Shown in pieces: positions 8,216 to 15,536 of a stretch of DNA of 18,175 nt (the first letter of the stretch is position 1; each line of letters starts with the position of its first letter). Origin of the DNA: Candidatus Micrarchaeia archaeon (lineage in GTDB: Archaea; Micrarchaeota; Micrarchaeia; Micrarchaeales; CABMGC01); assembly GCA_049964835.1 (NCBI GenBank), contig JBMFWW010000001.1:195789-213963 (forward strand), written 5' to 3'. Under the pieces are notes generated by a model. That model was not told the DNA's origin. It saw only the letters and a list, made by a program, of their open reading frames with translations, and did not search any database. Both the position numbers and the translations under genes were made by a program.

Positions 8216-8941
8216 TTGTCTGAAGAAAATATTCCTGTACCAAAAGTTGAAAAAATAGACATACCAGGTAAACTTAAAGGAACATTTGAAGAGATAAATA
8301 ACATAATATTAAAAATACCCTCTTACATATCAACAATTTCAAATGATAATATCACAGTTGCAATGGTAGAAAGCAGGAATATACATAAACAGCCATATCT
8401 TTTCTACATGTTTGTTTTAAAAAACGACACACTTTCTATAATATACTCAATACCTAATGACACTAGCGAAACTATGAGAAGAGCATTTGTTATGAAAAAC
8501 CTAGCATTTTTTCTATCAAATATAACTGAACTTTATGAAATATCACAAAAATACTTCTTTCAATATGTTGATTCTACAACGGACAAACTTCTTTCTGGAA
8601 TATCACAAAACTATACTGTTTTATTCAACAAATACGACTCACTTTTATCTGAGTATAGAGCTATTAAACGATTGAACATAGAACTTTCAGCATCGAATAG
8701 GAATTTAGTAATACAAACCTCTGATTTAAGTGAAGAAAATAAAAAGTTGAAGCAAGAGCTCAGCAACCTGCAGAAGTACTCTGATGAATCACTAATGGCA
8801 TTGGTTGAAGATTGGATTAATGTACATGGAAGTAGCATAGACATAGATGAATTTGCTAAAACATATAATTTATCTTCTCCAAGAGTTGAGGAAATACTAG
8901 ATAAAATGGTCTCAAAAGGCTATATAGAACTAAGAGGATAA
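8216..8941 (+). CDS. Soluble protein: N-terminal alpha/beta domain, coiled coil, C-terminal winged-helix-like domain
   Basis: 241 aa, TTG start. Heptad region YDSLLSEYRAIKRLNIEL...LSEENKKLKQELSNL, then IDIDEFAKTYNLSSPRVEEILDKMVSKGYIE (wHTH pattern). Confidence 0.75.
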   Translation: MSEENIPVPKVEKIDIPGKLKGTFEEINNIILKIPSYISTISNDNITVAMVESRNIHKQPYLFYMFVLKNDTLSIIYSIPNDTSETMRRAFVMKNLAFFLSNITELYEISQKYFFQYVDSTTDKLLSGISQNYTVLFNKYDSLLSEYRAIKRLNIELSASNRNLVIQTSDLSEENKKLKQELSNLQKYSDESLMALVEDWINVHGSSIDIDEFAKTYNLSSPRVEEILDKMVSKGYIELRG

Positions 8942-8943
8942 AA

Positions 8944-9090
8944 ATGAAGTATATGGTTTATGTAAATAAGCAATTCAAAAATATAAGGTCTTATAGAGTA
9001 ATAAAAAGTGTAAAGAATAATACAAACTTTCTTTCGAGAAAAGTAATGAGTTTTGTTGATAAAAGAATATTAAAGAAAGAAAGTATATAA
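8944..9090 (+). CDS. Putative 48-aa basic small protein
   Basis: ATG 2 nt after the previous stop, GAGG upstream, ends 12 nt before the next ATG. MKYMVYVNKQFKNIRSYRVIKSVKNNTNFLSRKVMSFVDKRILKKESI. Not in the ORF track. Confidence 0.35.
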   Translation: MKYMVYVNKQFKNIRSYRVIKSVKNNTNFLSRKVMSFVDKRILKKESI

Positions 9091-9102
9091 CTGCTGATAT
9101 GA

Positions 9103-11457
9103 ATGGTTTCAAGAAGAAAGATTGCAATAGCCGGTATACTTGTAGCTGTATTAATAATAGCATTGATACTTTTCATATACATATATTATGCTGAACTTAT
9201 CTCAAATATTAAACCAACATATTTAGAGAACGGTCCAATATCTACAAATATATCTGTATTTTCTTCCGGTCTAGCATCATATAATCAGTCTCAGAGTGCC
9301 GTGATTTATGCATATATAAATTATAATATTAAAAATGCAACAGATTCTAGAATATCTTTATCTCTTTTAAACAAAAATCCAATACAAAGGATATATCTAT
9401 TAAATGATCAAAACGCTTGTTATGACTGTTTTAATACCGCTTCACTGGAACTAAATTTGACAAATGATTTATCTAATTATGGATTATTACTAAATTCAAG
9501 TAGTTTTCAAACAATTAGTGTTCTAAATACAAGCATTATACAAAAAGATTCAATTGTTATAATTCCTACTGGAATATTTCCGGCAACATTGCTTCCATAT
9601 ACAAGTTTTACCCAATCAAGTACTATTATAGATTTGTTAAATGAAAATGATACTATATTTTATATAGGTAGAAATTTTTCAAGAATTGATGAAGATGGTC
9701 AAATATTAGTTACAAATAATCAAACAGAGTCTGCATTATTTGGTGAAGGTATAAGTTCATATTCAAATTATACCACAACTTCTAAAAATCCATTCAACTT
9801 TAAAAGTCCGACCTTTAGGCTTTTCAATGGAACTATTTTAGGCGATATCTCCTATCTTAATCTAAAAGACAAAGGAACGCTAGCAGTTTTTAGTAATTAT
9901 CCTAAGGTAGGCTGGAGTAATGCAACATCAATGTCGCAGGATATCTCTAGTGCAATAGCAAGTAGATTCTGGATGCAGAGTATTGCACATGGCTCATTAA
10001 ATATAAGTAAGGCTCCAAGTAATAGTTCATTATCTGGAAAGGCATTGCTTATCACGCTAAATCAAACAATAAATGCAACAGGTTCTTATCTAGATACTGT
10101 AAACTCTTCATATGCATTAATAACTGTAAATAGTACTAATGGCTATAGATATCAAAATTACTTAATTCCATTTCATCTATCATATCTTAACAAAGCGGTA
10201 GTTAGTTTGCCATCAGTTATAGGATATGATCAGCTTGTCCCTCTAAGGGTCTCAATAAGCAATTATTCAACAAATAAAGCTTTTAGTTTAGTTGCATATA
10301 ACTATACTAAAAATTACATATACAGTATACCATTAGACTTCTTCAATACTAGCTACTCTATTTATAAGTATAGCACATTTGATTTACCTACAGGTCAATA
10401 TTATGTAGCTTCTCTTGTTGATATAAATAATAACTCTTATGGTAATGCTGTATTTTATGTTCCATACTTACATATAAATACGACAAGCGTAAATTTTGTA
10501 AACGGTACCTTTACAATAAGTGTTTTAAGTGGAGGAATTGGTCTTTCAAACATGCCTTATACAATAAGTATAGACGGGCAATATACTCAGCATGGAACTA
10601 TAGAAAACGGAGTAATTAATTATACATTACCAAAGGGAACAACGTTGAATTATGGTTTGCATGATATAGAATTAAACATGATAAATGTCAATTATATACT
10701 TTATCGTTATTATCAGTCTCCTCCTGCAATACCTCCTATCTATCTGGAGTTTTTAGTTGCAGCAATTCTAATATTTTTATTAAATATAATACTAAAACCT
10801 CCAGTATCTGAAGATTACTTTATAGATATACCCCAGATACCTCCTATTAAAAAACAAGAAGTAGTAGTAAGTTCTGAAAAAATAATCTCCCTTTTTGATA
10901 ATATAAACAATAAATACTCTTGGAAGTATATGCCTTTAACACCAGAAGAGATAAAGGTTGGAATAAGTTCTAACATAAGGAATAACAACATGCCAATATC
11001 TATAACACTTGAAAATACTAGAAAAGTTCTATACTCATTATCTGCAAAGGGAAAAGTTGATTCGGTAGAAAATTACTATATGCCTTCTGACTGGATTAAA
11101 AAATCAGGACATGATGCAGAGTATCTTGTTATATTTAGAAGGTTACGCGACTTTTTAGTTGCTCATGCACTACCTTTCACAGATTTAGACCAAGCTCAAG
11201 ATGCCGACATGATTATTACAATAAGAGATAAAGTGAATAAGATATTCATATTTTCAAAAACATCAGGCGTTAGAAATATAAAACTAGACAATCAATCTAA
11301 ATATATTATATTATTTCTCAATTCTGAAGAACGATATGAATTTAAAGAAAGGCTCGAATCAACTTTTGATGCTGAGATGAGCATTTTAAGATTTGCAATA
11401 TTCAATAATCAGATAATACTTGGGGATCTGGGTAATCTAAAATCAATATTTCTTTAG
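9103..11457 (+). CDS. Large membrane protein: N-terminal TM, sequon-rich ectodomain, second TM, ~220-aa cytoplasmic domain
   Basis: 784 aa. RRK followed by a hydrophobic helix; about 25 N-x-S/T sequons counted by eye between the TMs; TM IYLEFLVAAILIFLLNIIL; charged C-terminal domain. Confidence 0.8.
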   Translation: MVSRRKIAIAGILVAVLIIALILFIYIYYAELISNIKPTYLENGPISTNISVFSSGLASYNQSQSAVIYAYINYNIKNATDSRISLSLLNKNPIQRIYLLNDQNACYDCFNTASLELNLTNDLSNYGLLLNSSSFQTISVLNTSIIQKDSIVIIPTGIFPATLLPYTSFTQSSTIIDLLNENDTIFYIGRNFSRIDEDGQILVTNNQTESALFGEGISSYSNYTTTSKNPFNFKSPTFRLFNGTILGDISYLNLKDKGTLAVFSNYPKVGWSNATSMSQDISSAIASRFWMQSIAHGSLNISKAPSNSSLSGKALLITLNQTINATGSYLDTVNSSYALITVNSTNGYRYQNYLIPFHLSYLNKAVVSLPSVIGYDQLVPLRVSISNYSTNKAFSLVAYNYTKNYIYSIPLDFFNTSYSIYKYSTFDLPTGQYYVASLVDINNNSYGNAVFYVPYLHINTTSVNFVNGTFTISVLSGGIGLSNMPYTISIDGQYTQHGTIENGVINYTLPKGTTLNYGLHDIELNMINVNYILYRYYQSPPAIPPIYLEFLVAAILIFLLNIILKPPVSEDYFIDIPQIPPIKKQEVVVSSEKIISLFDNINNKYSWKYMPLTPEEIKVGISSNIRNNNMPISITLENTRKVLYSLSAKGKVDSVENYYMPSDWIKKSGHDAEYLVIFRRLRDFLVAHALPFTDLDQAQDADMIITIRDKVNKIFIFSKTSGVRNIKLDNQSKYIILFLNSEERYEFKERLESTFDAEMSILRFAIFNNQIILGDLGNLKSIFL

Positions 11458-11479
11458 GCTCATTTAAATTAATGTAAAC

Positions 11480-13126
11480 CTATTCTTCATCTTCTCTATT
11501 TTCTAACTCTTCTTTGTTTTCTTCAGTCTCAAGTTGTGTTTCCTTCTCACCAAAAAGTTTGCTATATCTTTTTTCAATAAGTGATTTTAACGAAGCTTCA
11601 ATATCCTCTTTTTTCAAGTTTGTTATCTCAGAAAGATCTGAAGATAACTGTTTTATATAGCGCATTATTGTTTTGTATCTCGTTTCCTGTAGTTGTAGGT
11701 TTCTAACTCCGCTAAGATATCTTTGCAGTATCCTTCCACAATCCATAACTGCAAGCTTTATTTCTTCTATTATGTCATCTTCTTTTGCAATTGCCTGTTT
11801 TCCTACTCCAGAATAAGGCACATAAACACTAGATACATTTATTAATATACTTACAGGTTCTTCATCAAACTTTCCTATTCCATATCTTTTCCATTGTATA
11901 CCTTTTACAGCTTCAGTTATGGCGCAGTTAGATCCATCAAAAAGAAGTGGAACTTTATTTGCAAATCTAAGAACATTGCCCTCTGCTTCTATGGGATTGC
12001 CTTCCTTATCTACTGCGTCTGTAGTTTTTCCTGAATCACCTCCATAAGCAATACCTGCCTCAACTACAAAGGGTATTCCTCCTCTGAAAACCTTTGGTTT
12101 TCTTTCAACAACGCTTTGGAATTTAGGATTGAGTATGTTCTTTATCGCAATCTCTATTTGTTTCTCTCCTATTGTCGAGAGAGAGTCTAATTCTGGAGCC
12201 ATCCATTTTATTTCCTTAAATATCTTTACTAATTTTTCAGCTTCACCCCATTGTAGTTTACCAGGTTCCATGTCAAAATCAACATCAGGAATCAGTGCCT
12301 TTATTTCAGCTATTTTGCCATATGTTACTCTAGAAAAGCTCTCTATTAAAAATGCAGAAAGGGTTTTTTCATGGCTTCTATGTGCAAACTCTACGAGATC
12401 GCTTGTGTCTATACCTAATGGGTGCGGTTTAACAACCTTTGGTTTTTTAGGCATTTCATTTACAGCTCTTAAGAAAGTTATTTCTTTTCCTTCGGGATCT
12501 ATTAATTTTATAGTAGCATGTGGATTAGATAGGGCAGTTCTTTTTAAGTACTCCTCAACTCCATGATCACTATTTTCATACTTCAAATCGCCAAAATCTC
12601 CTAATACCTCTGTGCCTCTACTGAAGTTTTCTATATTTTTCATATCAGTTATCAGAGGTTTATTTGTTTTTATTTCCAAATCAACATTACATTCGTATGA
12701 TTCTTTGTCATTTGAGGATCTTACTGTTATTGGTTTTCCTGTAGTTATTTTTGCAAATAAGGTACATCCTGAAGCTCCAATACCTTGTTGTCCCCTTTGT
12801 TGAACATATCTGTGAAATTTAGTTCCGGCAAGTACAGTTGCAAAAACCTTTCCTACCAATTTAGATGGTATTCCTGGTCCATTGTCTCTCACACTTATGT
12901 TGTACTTACCGTCGCTTATTAATTTTATATACACCGTAATTTCTGGAAGTATGTTTGCTTCTTCGCATGCGTCTAAAGAGTTTGTTACATATTCATGTAC
13001 AATAGTAGTCATAGACCTTGTTTTACCTGAGTAGCCAAGCATCTGACTGTTTTTCCTAAAAAACTCTGATATCGAATGCTCTTTGAATTCTTTAAAAATC
13101 TCCTCTGATTTAACTCGTTCTGCCAT
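11480..13126 (-). CDS. top6B: DNA topoisomerase VI subunit B
   Basis: SISEFFRKN, GHKL motifs HEYVTNSLDA, DNGPGI, RGQQGIG; RFANKVPLL; VPYSGVGKQAIA. Confidence 0.97.
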   Translation of the reverse strand: MAERVKSEEIFKEFKEHSISEFFRKNSQMLGYSGKTRSMTTIVHEYVTNSLDACEEANILPEITVYIKLISDGKYNISVRDNGPGIPSKLVGKVFATVLAGTKFHRYVQQRGQQGIGASGCTLFAKITTGKPITVRSSNDKESYECNVDLEIKTNKPLITDMKNIENFSRGTEVLGDFGDLKYENSDHGVEEYLKRTALSNPHATIKLIDPEGKEITFLRAVNEMPKKPKVVKPHPLGIDTSDLVEFAHRSHEKTLSAFLIESFSRVTYGKIAEIKALIPDVDFDMEPGKLQWGEAEKLVKIFKEIKWMAPELDSLSTIGEKQIEIAIKNILNPKFQSVVERKPKVFRGGIPFVVEAGIAYGGDSGKTTDAVDKEGNPIEAEGNVLRFANKVPLLFDGSNCAITEAVKGIQWKRYGIGKFDEEPVSILINVSSVYVPYSGVGKQAIAKEDDIIEEIKLAVMDCGRILQRYLSGVRNLQLQETRYKTIMRYIKQLSSDLSEITNLKKEDIEASLKSLIEKRYSKLFGEKETQLETEENKEELENREDEE

Positions 13127-13130
13127 TAAA

Positions 13131-13622
13131 TTACCTATACTTTTTTCTTAAGCTTTCCATTATCCTATAAGCCTTCTTATGAGTTCCTCCCTCAACAATT
13201 ATCTGCAATGCTGCAGTAGCTATTTTTAATTCCTCAACAGTTCCTATCATACTTAAAATATTGTCCTGCAAGGATATGGAAACACCACTTACCTCTTCTA
13301 TATAACCTTTTGTTTTACCCTCTTTGCCTATGATTCTAGACTTTACTCTTTTTATTTCTGTATCTTTCTTAATAAGATCTTTTAAATCTACATATTTGAA
13401 AAAGTAATCCTGATTTAATAATTTATACGCTTGATTTAGAGAGAAGCCTTTTATTATTGCTTCTAGAACATTTTTTGCATTATACTCATCATAAGCTTCT
13501 CCTTCTATGCTTAAACGAGAGTTATCAATTATATCTATCTTGCAGTTAAGTCTTTTCTCAACCTTGTCTATCACTTTAGATATACTTCCAAGCCTTTTAG
13601 TTGGTATCAATATTATATCCAT
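13131..13622 (-). CDS. pno1: KH-domain pre-rRNA processing protein (Pno1/Dim2/Krr1 family)
   Basis: RVKSRIIGKEGKTK (GxxG KH loop), A+xxGFS, GGTHKKAY; the usual neighbour of top6B in archaea. Start chosen at ATG 13622 (MDIILIP); the ORF extends to 13658. Confidence 0.88.
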   Translation of the reverse strand: MDIILIPTKRLGSISKVIDKVEKRLNCKIDIIDNSRLSIEGEAYDEYNAKNVLEAIIKGFSLNQAYKLLNQDYFFKYVDLKDLIKKDTEIKRVKSRIIGKEGKTKGYIEEVSGVSISLQDNILSMIGTVEELKIATAALQIIVEGGTHKKAYRIMESLRKKYR

Positions 13623-13659
13623 AAAATCATTAAGTATCTCACATTGGTTTTGAGTCATA

Positions 13660-13686
13660 TATAGCTAAAAGCTAGTATAGCTAAAA
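13660..13686. repeat. 11-bp direct repeat TATAGCTAAAA x2 (16-bp period)
   Basis: Copies at 13660-13670 and 13676-13686, just upstream of the pno1-top6B genes. Confidence 0.6.
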
Positions 13687-13814
13687 ACACCATTTGTTGT
13701 TAATCGCCTAGAACAACATACTCTATTTTTCTTTTCTATTAATAAATCTTTCCTTATACTTTGGTGTATTCTCATTTAATCAAATTAAGTTTTTATAGCA
13801 TTTATCAATGACTC

Positions 13815-13873
13815 TTTTTATATAATATACACAATTTTATACAATACCTTTATATATCTTTCTAAATTATATA
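13815..13873. promoter_or_regulatory. Candidate TATA boxes in the divergent promoter region
   Basis: TTTTTATATAA (~13815-13825), TTTATATA (13849-13856) and TTATATA (13867-13873) between divergently oriented genes. Confidence 0.45.
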
Positions 13874-13949
13874 TGATTGAATCGTGATTGTTTCAAGAAA
13901 GGAACATGTAAGGTTCATGAGCATCATGATTCTTTTGAGATGTATAAAG

Positions 13950-14459
13950 ATGGCAAAAAGTCAAAAAAGAATCGAAAAGGAGCTTCTCTATCTTAAAAGT
14001 GAGATAGCGCTTCTCTCCGCAAAGGAGGGGAAGGTACCTACAGCTACCTCTGAAGGAGACATAAATTTGATTCTTAAGTATATGCTTGAAGAACGAGAAA
14101 AGACTAATAAAATTCTATACACAATAACTGAAAAGATAAAGAAGCTAGAGCAGGATCTTTCAGATAGCTATGTTGCAGAGCAGGAGCCTATTTCTTACTC
14201 TGATCAATTATCAAACAAAGAGGTTCCATTGTCAGCACTTGATGTAAAAATACTTAACTTTGCGCAGTCCAAAGGGATGATTTCTGCTGAGGACTTGAGG
14301 ATAGAGATGAACTACAAAGGTAAAAATGCAGCATGCGCAAGACTCAACAAATTATACAAGCAGGGTCTTTTAGATAGATTCCAGCTTGGTCACAAGGTTT
14401 ATTACAAATTTGATGCTGGCAAGGCGACCAATACACTTATTATATCACCTCCACGGTAG
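13950..14459 (+). CDS. Coiled-coil + C-terminal winged helix-turn-helix protein (putative transcription regulator/chromatin protein)
   Basis: LSALDVKILNFAQSKGMISAEDL...KNAACARLNKLYKQGLLDRFQLGHKVYY is a typical wHTH; N-terminal heptads. ATG 13950 preferred to GTG 13884. Confidence 0.8.
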   Translation: MAKSQKRIEKELLYLKSEIALLSAKEGKVPTATSEGDINLILKYMLEEREKTNKILYTITEKIKKLEQDLSDSYVAEQEPISYSDQLSNKEVPLSALDVKILNFAQSKGMISAEDLRIEMNYKGKNAACARLNKLYKQGLLDRFQLGHKVYYKFDAGKATNTLIISPPR

Positions 14460-14500
14460 ATGGATGGATCCGCACTCCACAGCGGGTTCATACCATCCTA
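14457..14500 (+). other. GC-rich stem-loop beginning at the stop codon of the wHTH gene (terminator, stability element or small RNA)
   Basis: ATGGATCCGC (14464-14473) pairs with GCGGGTTCAT (14482-14491) with two G-U pairs and an 8-nt loop. GATGG (14459-14463) pairs with CCATC (14493-14497). Confidence 0.55.
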
Positions 14501-14549
14501 TTTCTAACTTGCCATAACTTTTATATTGTTAATTTACAATCTATTTTAC

Positions 14550-15536
14550 ATGAACGGAGTTGTTATATCGCACATAGCCGATTTAGATGGAATATCTAGC
14601 GCAGCAATAATAATGCGCAAATTTAATCTTAAAAAAGAAGATCTATTTTTTGCAGATTATAATAAAGAAAGCATAAATGCCATAAAATTCGAAGTTGATA
14701 AAAAGTTAAAAAAAGAAAAGGGATTATCTTTATTCATAACTGATTTAGGAGTTAATGATTCTACAAAAAATATTTTTGTAGAGATGATAAATAAGGTTAA
14801 AAAAAATTCTGGTAAGGTCTTTTGGTTTGACCATCATACCTGGGATAAATCGTCTATAAATAATATTGCTTTGCTGTGTGATGTTGCTGTTGTAGGAGAA
14901 AATACAGAGTACTGTGCAGCTGAGATAACTGCAAAAGAGCTAGAAATAAATGATTCATTTACAAAAAAATTACTAAAGATTGTACATATAGCTGATTTCA
15001 ATATTAAAAAGAAGGACAAAAAAACAGATAGCATAATAGGCAGTTATGTTCTTAGCACTACTTATTACTCTTCTATGGATAAAAAGAAAAGAATTAATAT
15101 AACAAGAAAAATTGCAGAGTCATTAAGCAAGAATATATTACTTCCAGATTTTATAGTTGCTGATGGTAAGCTATTTGGTGATATAAATAGGAAGAGACTT
15201 AAAGAGTTATCAAAGGATTTAGAACACTTTCATGATATAGGGATAGGTTTTTCAAAGTATATATCAACAAATGACGGATGCGAATTAGTACAAAAAGAAA
15301 CTGGTGCAGATATCGGAGCATACATAAATGTAGATACAAATAAAGCACATCTGCGAAGTAAGTTCCTTGACTGCTCAGAACTTGCACGTTCATTTGGTGG
15401 AGGTGGTCATCCTCACGCATCAGCTTTTGAAATAGATAAAAAGTTGTACAATCTAAAAAATAAGAAGTCAAGGGAGCAGATTAAAAAAGAGATATTCAAA
15501 AAAGCAGAAACATTATACAAGTTTTCCAAATCCTGA
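14550..15536 (+). CDS. DHH/DHHA1 family phosphoesterase (NrnA/RecJ-like)
   Basis: SHIADLDG, ITDLG, WFDHH, HIAD, LRS and FGGGGHPHASAF motifs. ATG 14550 preferred to TTG 14526. The 3' end overlaps the convergent eif2g by 24 nt. Confidence 0.92.
   Translation: MNGVVISHIADLDGISSAAIIMRKFNLKKEDLFFADYNKESINAIKFEVDKKLKKEKGLSLFITDLGVNDSTKNIFVEMINKVKKNSGKVFWFDHHTWDKSSINNIALLCDVAVVGENTEYCAAEITAKELEINDSFTKKLLKIVHIADFNIKKKDKKTDSIIGSYVLSTTYYSSMDKKKRINITRKIAESLSKNILLPDFIVADGKLFGDINRKRLKELSKDLEHFHDIGIGFSKYISTNDGCELVQKETGADIGAYINVDTNKAHLRSKFLDCSELARSFGGGGHPHASAFEIDKKLYNLKNKKSREQIKKEIFKKAETLYKFSKS

Noticed and set aside
8216..8941. ESCRT/Cdv cell-division gene
   Set aside because: Coiled coil plus wH is generic; no Snf7 core is recognisable, and the AAA ATPase in the window is Cdc48, not Vps4.
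1..11457. Integrated conjugative element, provirus, or archaellum/type IV pilus locus
   Set aside because: No integrase, relaxase, capsid or terminal repeat seen. The ATPase is not PilB/ArlI-type, and no TadC-like platform or clear class III signal peptides were recognised. The left boundary is outside the window, so mobility is not fully excluded.
14457..14507. Pyrrolysine/selenocysteine-type read-through of the TAG followed by a hairpin
   Set aside because: Read-through would add only ~16 residues before TAA, the wHTH is already complete, and no pyl/sel genes are in the window.
15513..15536. 24-nt convergent overlap of the DHH gene and eif2g as a regulatory feature
   Set aside because: Short tail-to-tail overlaps are common in compact archaeal genomes.
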